From positions 1 to 46,052 of the IMG/VR virus record IMGVR_UViG_3300044711_000030: a DNA stretch of 46,052 bases. One strand, 5' to 3'. Below the pieces are notes generated by a model. That model searched no databases and was not told the DNA's origin. It was given only the letters and a program-made list of their open reading frames with translations. The DNA comes from a virus. Lineage: Duplodnaviria > Caudoviricetes. A program made the translations under genes and the position numbers. Position 1 is the stretch's first letter. The number at the start of each line of letters is the position of its first letter. Positions 1 through 7,861 of this stretch are shown here, one piece after another.

Positions 1-32
1 GTTGTAGTCCCTGTAATTCGGCCTGAAGTGCC
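1..32. repeat. Terminal direct repeat, left copy (circular overlap)
   Basis: gttgtagtccctgtAattcggcctgaagtgcc matches 46021-46052 at 31/32 positions; an HNH ORF reads in frame across the join. Confidence 0.95.
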
Positions 33-207
33 CGTAGCCGTTAAACGGTTTAATGGCTGCCGTCCAGATCCAGCATCCTCCAGGGCCGTCTTTGTTGACC
101 TTCTGGAAAAACAGGTCCGCGGCCGTCAAACCGCATTTAACAGAGTGCGTGCCGACGCTCTTGCCAACAAACTGCTTGCCGCACTTCGGGCAGGAAATGC
201 CGGTCAT
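1..207 (-). CDS. HNH endonuclease, N-terminal part (continues across the circular junction)
   Basis: ATG at 207 overlaps the upstream stop (ATGA); manual translation MTGISCPKCGKQF...FFQKVNKDGPGGCWIWTAAIKPFNGYGHFRPNYRDYN is a typical phage HNH N-terminus (CWxW..GYG). Confidence 0.85.
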   Translation of the reverse strand, partial: MTGISCPKCGKQFVGKSVGTHSVKCGLTAADLFFQKVNKDGPGGCWIWTAAIKPFNGYGHFRPNYRDYN

Positions 208-695
208 TTGTTCTGATCCTCGAAACAGTTTGTGGCATCAATGCCCGGTGCAGTGCCGACAGGCGTCCCGTGTTGCCGGTTACGGCCGGCGTCGGCTTCT
301 TCCCTTGACGTTGCGTCTTGGGCCGTAGCCTGCGGCGCTGCATTCTTGAGGGCGCGGATCTCCTTCGCCGCTTGTCCCAATGCGATGTAGAAGCTCTGGC
401 CATCCAGTTTCGCCGACTGTCTACCTATCGACTCGACCACGGCGGCGCACTCTTCGATGATCTTGTCGCGGTCACACTCCGGTTGAAGGCGCGCGTTTTT
501 CGCCTTCTCTTCTTCAAGCTCGCGCTCAAGCCGGATAACTACTCGATCTAGCTTCGAGAGTGCGTCCTCGATCATGAAGGCGGCCAATGTGAACCCACCT
601 TCGGCAACGCGCTTTGCTTCGTCGCTCGCGTTTTGGCGGGCCTCTAAGGCCTTCTCAACATCCGTCGCCGTGTAGCTGTTAAAGCTCATGGCCAT
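204..695 (-). CDS. Hypothetical early protein (coiled coil; carries NAAPQ hairpin element)
   Basis: 163-aa ORF in the tightly packed leftward operon; IEECAAVVE...AAKEIRALK phage-like motif. Confidence 0.75.
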   Translation of the reverse strand: MAMSFNSYTATDVEKALEARQNASDEAKRVAEGGFTLAAFMIEDALSKLDRVVIRLERELEEEKAKNARLQPECDRDKIIEECAAVVESIGRQSAKLDGQSFYIALGQAAKEIRALKNAAPQATAQDATSREEADAGRNRQHGTPVGTAPGIDATNCFEDQNK

Positions 696-946
696 ACCAC
701 CTTCGGCGGAAACGCCTTCGCGTCAGCAAGTAGTTTTCGGCGCTCGATGATGCTGTTGATTTCTTTCCTCGCAGCCTCCTGAGTCTCGAAAACTGCATCC
801 CAGGTCATATCCCATCCGCCATGCTGGACGGTCCACCACTTCGGCCAAAACCATAACAGCGTCCCAAGCTCCTGAGCGATGAACGCGCGCTCGTTGACCT
901 GCACAACGCGCCAAGCGCCTTTATCCGTGCTCAAACCCCGGCTCAT
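686..946 (-). CDS. Hypothetical protein
   Basis: Probable start MSRGLSTDK overlapping the stop of 943-1398. Confidence 0.6.
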   Translation of the reverse strand: MSRGLSTDKGAWRVVQVNERAFIAQELGTLLWFWPKWWTVQHGGWDMTWDAVFETQEAARKEINSIIERRKLLADAKAFPPKVVWP

Positions 947-1398
947 GACCACTCTTTCACGAACCTCCGGCAGCGCTTCGCCCATGCCTTCGGATCAGTC
1001 TCCGTTCCAGGCTCCCAGCGCTCGAACAAGTTATAGTGTTGTTCCACGTTCAGACCGAATAGCCGATTTGAGGCTTGCTCTCCAAACACAATCCTCTTGC
1101 CAATCTTGAAGCCTCTTTCTGGCACGTAGCAGACGCCATCCTTTTTCGCGAAGGGCATCGTTGCAGCCCACCCGAGAGCGCACGCCGCCGTGCCGCAATG
1201 GGTCAGGGTCTTTTCGGTTAGCTTAGAACCAAAATCGTGCTTGTGGCCATCCTGGCCTATGTGTCGAAACCAATTCCACATGTTGAAGTGCTTCTGATCT
1301 TGGTTCTCCAGAAAGTCGGCGAGCTTCAGCAGGCGGTCACGCCCCTTTTTCTTCAGCATGGTTTTCTCCTTGTTTGTCGGTGTCACATCAGTCATCAA
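943..1398 (-). CDS. Hypothetical protein
   Basis: RLLKLADFL...FNMWNW...HCGTAACALGWA motif typical of small phage proteins; true start may be 1359. Confidence 0.75.
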   Translation of the reverse strand: MMTDVTPTNKEKTMLKKKGRDRLLKLADFLENQDQKHFNMWNWFRHIGQDGHKHDFGSKLTEKTLTHCGTAACALGWAATMPFAKKDGVCYVPERGFKIGKRIVFGEQASNRLFGLNVEQHYNLFERWEPGTETDPKAWAKRCRRFVKEWS

Positions 1399-1546
1399 GC
1401 CCTCCGCTTGGCCTTGCGCTTCGCGGCCTCGCGCGCCTTCTTCCTATCGAACGCAGCCAGCATCCGGTAGCCCTTCGGCGTGATGCGGATATTCCGCGCC
1501 TTGCGAAAGCCCGGCTTCTTCGCTCTATCGAAGGTAAAGCCCCGAG

Positions 1547-1876
1547 TTACAGCCCGAGCGCCACCGCGCGCAGCTTGGCGACGACTTCTTCCTTGGTGCG
1601 CCCCTGCGTGTCGTTCCACGTCCCGGCCATTTTGTTGAGGGCCTTCTGCAGTCTTGTCCAAGCTGCGCTATGCGTTCCTACGAGGAAAATCTCGTCGGCG
1701 ACGGCGCTCAGCGCCCCGACGATGCACACTCGGCCATCCCCGGATTGCAACTCGTGCTGACACCAACCGTTCTTTTCAACGTAATCAGCAGCCTTCAGCA
1801 GCAGCTTGCTCGCGGCGTCCAGCTCGGCCGGCGTGTGATCGACTTTCGGAAGGTGCTTTACTTCGCTGTGATCCAT
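1547..1876 (-). CDS. DUF6197-like hypothetical protein
   Basis: AADYVEKNGWCQ..GRVCIVGAL..WNDTQGRTKEEVVAKLR motif; AGGAG RBS upstream. Confidence 0.75.
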   Translation of the reverse strand: MDHSEVKHLPKVDHTPAELDAASKLLLKAADYVEKNGWCQHELQSGDGRVCIVGALSAVADEIFLVGTHSAAWTRLQKALNKMAGTWNDTQGRTKEEVVAKLRAVALGL

Positions 1877-1929
1877 CGTTTTCTCCTATGAAATTACGGG
1901 GTTCGACAACCCATGGGATTGTGCGATTA

Positions 1930-2151
1930 CTAGTCGTGCGGAAACTTGCAGCCGTACTGTCTGGCTTTGATCCAAGCGGCGAGGCCGATTTGCCACGCTA
2001 TGGAAACGTCGATGTCGGTCAGGTTGTAGCGATCAGCATCGGCGCTGACTTGCTCGAACACTTTCTCCCATTCAGCGTCACCGTCCATTTGATCCTCGCC
2101 ATAGTTCCCGGTGATGTGCCTGTCTAGGGCTGCTGCTTCTCTGCGGTCCAT
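1930..2151 (-). CDS. Hypothetical protein
   Basis: GAGGAG RBS before MDRREAAALDRHITGNYGEDQ. Confidence 0.65.
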   Translation of the reverse strand: MDRREAAALDRHITGNYGEDQMDGDAEWEKVFEQVSADADRYNLTDIDVSIAWQIGLAAWIKARQYGCKFPHD

Positions 2152-2262
2152 AATCGTTTCTCCTCGATCAGTATTCATGCCCAAGCGGGCTTGCAGCGCT
2201 AGGAACCGCAATCCGCCGGGGACTTTTTCTAAGGGCTAATGTGCTATCACCTAGCATTCTTC

Positions 2263-2475
2263 CTACTCCTTCGTTTTGACGAAGTACGGATACGGCTCGC
2301 CGTCCGCTTTGCAAAGGTCCATGTGGTGCATGACCTCGATAACCTCCAGGTTGTTCAGTCCGAGACAGGTGAGCGCAACATAAACTTTTGAAAAGCTGCG
2401 CTTCGTGTACTTATCGCGCATAGTCTCTTCTATGAGCGTCAGTACGGCTTCCTTGTTCGTCGGTAATGCTTTCAT
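2263..2475 (-). CDS. Hypothetical protein
   Basis: 70-aa ORF with GAGG RBS. Confidence 0.6.
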   Translation of the reverse strand: MKALPTNKEAVLTLIEETMRDKYTKRSFSKVYVALTCLGLNNLEVIEVMHHMDLCKADGEPYPYFVKTKE

Positions 2476-2519
2476 CCTCGCCTCTTTTCCGTCGTCGTGT
2501 ACCTAAGGAAGCCCCGAGA

Positions 2520-2708
2520 TCACGCTGCCGGCCTGTTGCCATCGGAAACGGACAAGTTGCTAATCCGCGCCCCGCACCGAGCGCAATTCGCGGTGCCGAT
2601 TTCGTAGAGCTTGAATTCGTCCGCGTCGCAGCGGGTGCAGAAGTAGCGCGGGCCTTCGGCGGCCTGGGCGGGCGCGGGCTTGGCGAATGGGAGGATGGTG
2701 GCGCTCAT
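2520..2708 (-). CDS. Small zinc-finger-like protein
   Basis: MSATILPFAKP...CTRC...CARC; ATGA overlap with the upstream gene. Confidence 0.6.
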   Translation of the reverse strand: MSATILPFAKPAPAQAAEGPRYFCTRCDADEFKLYEIGTANCARCGARISNLSVSDGNRPAA

Positions 2709-3103
2709 GTCTGCGTTGCCGCTGCCGGCGCTTCGTCTTCCTGGCCCGCCGCTTTCTGTGCCGGCACTGTAGGTCGCACGCGGATGCATTCCACGTCGCC
2801 GTCCCCGTTCGGGTTGCGCGTCATCGATTTATATAGCGTGATCCGCTTTCCTACCCAGCCCTCCACGTGGTTGCCATACATGCCGGCGATGGCCTTACCG
2901 TTCGTCGCGTTGATTGCGAAGCCCTTCTCGGTCCCGCGCATGTAGACGACCGGCTTACGTGTCTTGCGCCCGCCTTGACCTACGAGATTGCCGCCGATGA
3001 CCTTTGTAATCGTCACCGTCACGTCCTTTTCCTTCAGATCCCAGGCGCCGATGTAATCCTTATCGTAGAGGGATCGGTAGTCGGTGCGCGTCTCATCGGT
3101 CAT
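2705..3103 (-). CDS. Putative ssDNA-binding/recombination protein
   Basis: YIGAWDL...INATNGKAIA..YG...WVGKRITLY...CIRVR; directly downstream of the PD-(D/E)XK nuclease, the usual exonuclease + ssDNA-binding pairing. Confidence 0.6.
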   Translation of the reverse strand: MTDETRTDYRSLYDKDYIGAWDLKEKDVTVTITKVIGGNLVGQGGRKTRKPVVYMRGTEKGFAINATNGKAIAGMYGNHVEGWVGKRITLYKSMTRNPNGDGDVECIRVRPTVPAQKAAGQEDEAPAAATQT

Positions 3104-3846
3104 GCGGCCTCCCCGTATTCGAGCTCAAGATCCTCTGGCGCGATGAGCGGAAAAATGCTCTGGCAGTACGGCGGGAACGTGCCGGACGCTTCGCAATTCT
3201 TCAGCCGCTCGGCCCAGGTCATGAGCAGCTTTTCGCCGATCTCGAGCGTGCGTCTGTCGATCTCGAATACAGTGACCGGGTAGGGCTCCGAGGCTTCTAC
3301 GCACACGATGAAGCATTGCGGCATGGCGCGAGCCGCGGGATCGTTGTGCCTCTCAGCGATCTGCTGCATCCGCATCTGAGCGTGGTAGGCCATGCGTAGG
3401 GCCTGCCATGTAAATTTCATTGGCTCGGCGCTGGCGGACGTTTTCAACTCGGTCAGGAAATTGGCGCCACGAACGTCAGGGGTGGCGCGGCAGTCCATGC
3501 CCATCCAGCGGAATAGCAATGTTTCCTCTACTACGCCTTTCAGGTACGGCTCGGCGAGCTTGCAGGCCAGCACCGCATCAGCCATGCGCCGCGCCTTGTC
3601 GTATTCGGCTTGCGTCAGGATCTCGTGATCCGGATGCGCTGCTGCGAAGGCGTCGAATTCCTTCCCGCGCCTTGTCGCACCAGGATAGCCGCAGACCTTG
3701 CGCGTGCCGAACAGCAGCGCATGCACCGCCGTGCCGCGCTCCATGGCATACGTCGGATCGTCCTCCCGCGCCATACGGGCATGCCTGCCATGTGCCGCAG
3801 ACCTCCCGTAGGCGCGAAGGTGAGAAAATCGTACAGGATCGGTCAT
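3100..3846 (-). CDS. PD-(D/E)XK exonuclease (RecE/DUF3799-like)
   Basis: GTAVHALL, RATPD, ELKT and YHAQ motifs. Confidence 0.85.
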   Translation of the reverse strand: MTDPVRFSHLRAYGRSAAHGRHARMAREDDPTYAMERGTAVHALLFGTRKVCGYPGATRRGKEFDAFAAAHPDHEILTQAEYDKARRMADAVLACKLAEPYLKGVVEETLLFRWMGMDCRATPDVRGANFLTELKTSASAEPMKFTWQALRMAYHAQMRMQQIAERHNDPAARAMPQCFIVCVEASEPYPVTVFEIDRRTLEIGEKLLMTWAERLKNCEASGTFPPYCQSIFPLIAPEDLELEYGEAA

Positions 3847-4022
3847 GCCGCCGCCCTTTTGCGCAGAGTGAATTCAGGAATTACTCCGTGTTCATTGAAG
3901 TGCGCGAGCAATTCAGCGTAGAAATATTCTCGATCGGCCGCAGCATCGGGGCACTCAGCAATCGCGGCGTCTACCTTCGCGTATATTGCGTCTCGCAGCG
4001 AATCAGGAACGATCACAAACAC
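3843..4022 (-). CDS. Hypothetical protein
   Basis: Overlap-coupled small ORF (VIVPDSLRDAIYAKVD...); start uncertain. Confidence 0.55.
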   Translation of the reverse strand: MFVIVPDSLRDAIYAKVDAAIAECPDAAADREYFYAELLAHFNEHGVIPEFTLRKRAAA

Positions 4023-4573
4023 CGCGCCGCCTTCTTGATCGCCCACAGAATCGCGGCCCTCGTCTTGCCGGTCGCGGCCTCTGCCTGAGCCCACGTCGTG
4101 TAAGTGGCCCCCTCGTAGTGGATAGGCTTAGCTTTTGGCCCGAAGCGGTAAATCGGGTCCATCTTTCTTTTCTTCGGCGCTGCGGGCTGCGGCTCCGGTG
4201 GATCGATCCACGGCGGCAGGGACGTGTTCTTGCTGACCCAGTGCGACAGCGAGCTCACGATGCCACCTTGACTTTGTATGCCGTCACCCTTTTGCAGCGA
4301 GGGCAGCGAAACCGCTTCACGTTTTGGTCTCCAGGGGCGTGCGGCTGCTCGGTGGCAGCAATCGGAATGCCGCGCACATGCTTGCCCTTCCACCAGCAGA
4401 TTATTTTTCCGAGCATGGCGATCTCCCTCTCTTGATCTGCGTCACCTTGGCCGGCGCGTTCTGCTGCTCGATGCGCAGCTTGTCGAACTTGGCCTTGAGA
4501 TAGCCCGCCTCGCCGGTCTGCGCAGAAGTTGCGTACCCGCGCGGCCAGCGGTGCTGATCGGTGTAGCGCGGCT

Positions 4574-4831
4574 TCATTTGCCCCTCTCTGCCAACATGGC
4601 GTCGGCCACTTCGTAGGCGATCCGCGCCGCGTTAGATCGCGGGTCAGGCGGCACATCCAGCATCGAAATTACTGCATGCGTTACTCGCATCGCCTCAGGC
4701 AACGCAAACGCCGCGAAGTAGTCGCGCAAAGACATGCCGTATGAGCCTTGGTAGAAATGCTGAGCATCACCAATGCGCTCATAGTGAGGAGGCGCGGGGA
4801 ACGCTCTACCGCCGTCAGGCTTATCGCTCAC
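4574..4831 (-). CDS. Conserved phage hypothetical protein
   Basis: DGGRAFP...GMSLRDYFAA..AYEVADAMLAER, a widespread phage motif. Confidence 0.8.
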   Translation of the reverse strand: MSDKPDGGRAFPAPPHYERIGDAQHFYQGSYGMSLRDYFAAFALPEAMRVTHAVISMLDVPPDPRSNAARIAYEVADAMLAERGK

Positions 4832-5010
4832 TTCGGCACCGTCAGCCGGATCAGCGAGTCGTATAGCCCAATGCCGCGCAGCATGTCCCGGTGCTCCTCG
4901 GCCCACGCCTGGATTTCGAGCATGGCCTCGAGCCTGCCTCTCTCCTGACTCAGCGCGGCGAGTTTGGCGTCCTGCGCGGCCTCTGCGTAGTAGCGGTCCT
5001 CGTAGCCCAT
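4828..5010 (-). CDS. Hypothetical protein
   Basis: 60-aa ORF in the packed operon. Confidence 0.5.
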   Translation of the reverse strand: MGYEDRYYAEAAQDAKLAALSQERGRLEAMLEIQAWAEEHRDMLRGIGLYDSLIRLTVPK

Positions 5011-5011
5011 A

Positions 5012-5203
5012 TCAGTGCCCCGCTTTCAGAATGCGTCCGACGAAATCGGTATCGTGCCGAGGATCTCCCGTGTGCCGCGCCTTCTTGTCGGCCCGGATCT
5101 TCGAGTCGGCGTAGGCATTGATCTGATCTTCTAGGCGCTGCGCTGCGTCGCCGCTCATGACGGCCAGAACTTCGTCGAAGATTTGGTCGGCTTTGCCCAT
5201 CAC
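5012..5203 (-). CDS. Hypothetical protein
   Basis: 63-aa ORF overlapping the upstream stop. Confidence 0.5.
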   Translation of the reverse strand: MMGKADQIFDEVLAVMSGDAAQRLEDQINAYADSKIRADKKARHTGDPRHDTDFVGRILKAGH

Positions 5204-5592
5204 TTCCCCCTGTAGTTAGCGAGCATGGACTTCATGGAGTTGTCCCCGATATGCGAATACCCGGCGCAGTGCTGTCGCTCGTGCGCAACAACGTATGACG
5301 CTGGCGGGAAGTCGGCGCTAAGCCAAATGTCGCAGCGCGCGGTTGAGAAGCTGAAGACGGCGCAGGCTTCGGGCGAAGAACCGAGCGCGGCGTACAGGCT
5401 GCAGCGATTGCGCATCTCGTGGTGCGCGACGTAGTGCTCGACGATCTCGAGCTGCGGCCAGCCTTCGACGCGCTCGTGGCCGATGGATGCGCAGCCGGTC
5501 GCGAACAGTGCCAGCGCGATCAGCACGGCCAGCAGAATCAAATCATCGCGCCACTTGTCGGCCTGCGCTTTGAATTGGTAGCGGTCCATCAC
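5200..5592 (-). CDS. Putative lipoprotein with HExxH motif, first gene of the PL operon
   Basis: Hydrophobic signal plus lipobox-like ATGC; HERQH motif; GGAGG RBS. Confidence 0.7.
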   Translation of the reverse strand: MMDRYQFKAQADKWRDDLILLAVLIALALFATGCASIGHERVEGWPQLEIVEHYVAHHEMRNRCSLYAALGSSPEACAVFSFSTARCDIWLSADFPPASYVVAHERQHCAGYSHIGDNSMKSMLANYRGK

Positions 5593-5631
5593 GGCGTCCT
5601 CCGTTGCCCCGTTCGGTGGGGCGATGGGAGG

Positions 5632-5660
5632 AGATTAGTGTACTTAACATCGAGTGTCAA
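5632..5660 (-). promoter_or_regulatory. PL-like sigma70 promoter
   Basis: TTGACA-17 bp-TAATCT on the minus strand, overlapped by two operators. Confidence 0.85.
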
Positions 5661-5671
5661 GCGCACTGAAC
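5633..5671. promoter_or_regulatory. OL-like operators (2 x 16 bp)
   Basis: gattagtgtacttaac (5633-5648) and gtcaagcgcactgaac (5656-5671); consensus GTYAAG-N4-CTTRAC shared with the OR sites. Confidence 0.8.
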
Positions 5672-5711
5672 AAAATGGACGTGCCGAATGCAAGGCGCTG
5701 TATTTGCTTGA

Positions 5712-5903
5712 CTACGAGGTGGGGCGGAGCGGGACTACGTTACTTGAGATGCTGAACTCGGTACAGATAAGGAGGGTTTCTTGCGCCATCTCGAGGATAT
5801 TTTCTTGATGGTCCTTGCAGCTTCGCCGGTACGTTTGCACCAGCAACCATTCATCTTCGGATAGTTGATGGAGATCGCTTCTCGGGCTTTGCGTATTTGA
5901 CAA
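5712..5903 (-). CDS. Small protein downstream of the repressor, resembling its C-terminal domain
   Basis: LSEDEWLLVQTYRRSCKDHQENILEMA parallels cI DDDQKLLEIIRVFQETDALGRDAIWAGA. Confidence 0.6.
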   Translation of the reverse strand: MSNTQSPRSDLHQLSEDEWLLVQTYRRSCKDHQENILEMAQETLLICTEFSISSNVVPLRPTS

Positions 5904-6270
5904 TTCGCTTGGATGCTCTCAGAGCCCCGGCCCAAATAGCATCCCTTCCCAGAGCGTCAGTTTCCTGAAATACGCGGATTATTTCAAGTAGTTTTTGATC
6001 ATCATCAACGCGGTCTTTTTTCTTTTCGTCCGAGTGCTCGCTTACCTCGATGCCATTTTTCTTTTTTGGTACCGCACCGTACATAATCCATCTGGCCAAA
6101 TAGCCCGTTCTTTTTTCTATGGTCAAGGCCGTCTCGGCTTTGAGCGATTTGACGCCGTTTTTCACCCATTGGCTGACGTTGCTCCTGGTGGTCCCGGCGG
6201 CCCTTGCCAAATCAGCGTTCGTACCCAAGTCGTCCCGGATCTGGATAAGTCGTTCTTGTAGCGTAGACAT
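5851..6270 (-). CDS. cI: CI-like XRE helix-turn-helix repressor (no S24 peptidase domain)
   Basis: TLQERL..NADLARAAGTTRSNVSQWVKNG HTH; divergent from cro. Confidence 0.85.
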   Translation of the reverse strand: MSTLQERLIQIRDDLGTNADLARAAGTTRSNVSQWVKNGVKSLKAETALTIEKRTGYLARWIMYGAVPKKKNGIEVSEHSDEKKKDRVDDDQKLLEIIRVFQETDALGRDAIWAGALRASKRIVKYAKPEKRSPSTIRR

Positions 6271-6333
6271 TAAGCTAGCTTAACAATAGCGTCGTGTAGC
6301 GCACTTGACGATCCGCAGTTCAGTGTGCTTAAC
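6269..6333. promoter_or_regulatory. OR-like operators (3 x 16 bp) and PR-like promoter
   Basis: attaagctagcttaac (6269-6284), gtgtagcgcacttgac (6294-6309), gttcagtgtgcttaac (6318-6333); TTGACG at 6305 with a TG-extended -10-like TTAACT at 6329. Confidence 0.8.
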
Positions 6334-6342
6334 TCTTTTTTC

Positions 6343-6540
6343 ATGAGGACCAAAGATTTAGTCGCCGTGTTCGGAACGCTTGAGGCTGTCGGTAAACAAT
6401 TCGGCATTTCGCGCTCGGCTGTATCACAGTGGAACGGCACCGTTCCTGAGCGCCGCCAGAACGAATTGCGCGGCATCCATCCAAATATCGACCAGCGTAT
6501 CGCAGAGGCGCGAAAGCCTCGCCGCGTAGTGCCTGCATAG
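6343..6540 (+). CDS. cro: Cro-like repressor
   Basis: MRTKDLVAVFGTLEAVGKQFGISRSAVSQW..VPERR, a classic Cro pattern; position opposite cI. Confidence 0.85.
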   Translation: MRTKDLVAVFGTLEAVGKQFGISRSAVSQWNGTVPERRQNELRGIHPNIDQRIAEARKPRRVVPA

Positions 6541-6549
6541 GGCCTAAAC

Positions 6550-6783
6550 ATGGCGTATTCAGACCCCTCCCTAATCCGCGATGTAATCATTCCCGTGCGC
6601 CTCAATGATGCCGAGGCCGAACTCCTGGATGCCGTGGTCAAGTACACCGGGCAGCAGAAATCCACGCTCTTGCGGGAATTGTTTCTGGAGCAGGCGAAAT
6701 TAGTTCTCATGGGGCTCGCTGATATTGGCTCAGCGGACCCCGCAATGGAACAGGCGCAATCAGCACTTAATTTCAGACGCTAG
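6550..6783 (+). CDS. Ribbon-helix-helix-like regulator in the cII position
   Basis: IPVRLNDAEAELLDAV...STLLREL pattern. Confidence 0.65.
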   Translation: MAYSDPSLIRDVIIPVRLNDAEAELLDAVVKYTGQQKSTLLRELFLEQAKLVLMGLADIGSADPAMEQAQSALNFRR

Positions 6784-6811
6784 TTATACAAAAGCTATAC
6801 GGAAACTCTAC

Positions 6812-6997
6812 GTGATCGGTGATGAAAAGCTGGTGCTCTCGAAAGATGAGGGTGAGATCGCGGAAGAGGTAGCAAAGAGGTTCGGCCTGCCGGTCAAGGA
6901 AGCGTCCGAGCTAGTCGTGAAGGCATCAATCGCACGGCGCATGAAGAAGCGCACCGGAAAGAACCCGGCGAAGGTCTACGGCATTCGACGCAAGTAG
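6812..6997 (+). CDS. Hypothetical small DNA-binding-like protein
   Basis: Probable GTG start; basic C-terminus. Confidence 0.5.
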   Translation: MIGDEKLVLSKDEGEIAEEVAKRFGLPVKEASELVVKASIARRMKKRTGKNPAKVYGIRRK

Positions 6998-7074
6998 TTT
7001 TCACAGAAGGGTACATGGAACGATTTTCCCGCCCAGGCGCTTTTCCTCATCCTCTTCTCGCGCCTTGGCGTTTC

Positions 7075-7111
7075 GCCCTAGTCGTTACCTTACCTGCGGC
7101 TAGGGCTTTTT
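7075..7111 (+). terminator. Intrinsic terminator (tR-like)
   Basis: gccctagtcg...cggctagggc stem followed by TTTTT. Confidence 0.7.
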
Positions 7112-7115
7112 ATTC

Positions 7116-7619
7116 ATGAAGCGCCGATTCTTCCGCCCAAACAAGCGCATGGAGTATGGGCAGTTCAATGCGGCCGAAAGCTTTCTTGCTGCAGCGCACG
7201 GCAAAGATCCCAGACCGCGCGAGATCAAGGCAAAGCGCGTCCAAGCGCAGCGGGTCGATCATGCGGACCTCGAGAAGCACACGCTGTCCGCAGTCGGCGA
7301 TCTGTTGGCCATGCATCCAAAAGTCCTGTTCGCGGTGCGGCAAAACTCGGGCGGCATGCAATGGGCAGATGCGAAAGGCGAAGCGCATTCGATGTGGTTC
7401 TACCGCATCGTCACTAGGCAGCCGGTCAGGATCTCCGATTACTGGGGCATCCTGCGCGATGGCCGGATGATGGCAATGGAATGCAAGCGCCCAAGCTGGA
7501 AGGCGCCGTCCGACACGCGCGAGTACGAGCAAGCCGCGTTCCTGATGCTGGTGCGAAATTGCGGCGGGATAGGCGGATTCGTCCGCACAGTAGACGAAGC
7601 AAACGCGCTGCTGGCATGA
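7116..7619 (+). CDS. VRR-NUC-like nuclease / Holliday junction resolvase
   Basis: RQNSGG...ISDYWG..DGRMMAMECKRP...QAAFL...GGIGGFVRTVDEA. Confidence 0.85.
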   Translation: MKRRFFRPNKRMEYGQFNAAESFLAAAHGKDPRPREIKAKRVQAQRVDHADLEKHTLSAVGDLLAMHPKVLFAVRQNSGGMQWADAKGEAHSMWFYRIVTRQPVRISDYWGILRDGRMMAMECKRPSWKAPSDTREYEQAAFLMLVRNCGGIGGFVRTVDEANALLA

Positions 7620-7858
7620 CCCCGTTTACCGTCGGCCGCTACGCCGTGCACCTGCTCGAGAAGCCAGGCCCAGGCTGCGCCCTCTACGCCGTCTATCTCG
7701 GCGCGGTGAAGATAGGCCAGTGCATCAGCCTTCCGGGCGAATCTGATTGCGCTTTTCTCGAGCGGCAGCAGCGCCAGCAAACAGGCTACGCCTACAGCAT
7801 CACCCCCCATCGCTGGGAACAGCGCCGCGCGATCAAACGCAGCAAGCGCGGGCGGTAG
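7616..7858 (+). CDS. Hypothetical protein
   Basis: ATGA-coupled start MTPFTVGRY. Confidence 0.55.
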   Translation: MTPFTVGRYAVHLLEKPGPGCALYAVYLGAVKIGQCISLPGESDCAFLERQQRQQTGYAYSITPHRWEQRRAIKRSKRGR

Positions 7859-7861
7859 CTC

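Noticed and set aside
1-32. GTTGTAG... start resembling a type II CRISPR repeat, or an attL/attR pair
   Set aside because: Only two copies, at the contig ends, inside an HNH reading frame that is continuous on circularisation; no spacers or cas genes; far from the integrase
247-344. tRNA gene or integron attC site
   Set aside because: No TTC-containing T-loop, D-loop or CCA; no RYYYAAC/GTTRRRY boxes; the integrase lacks recognisable IntI features
1040-1055. Second parS-like site (tgttccacgttcagac)
   Set aside because: Only a half site and inside a CDS
2710-2760. Third NAAPQ-type hairpin element (KAAGQ...PAAAT)
   Set aside because: Peptide is similar but the DNA ends are not complementary
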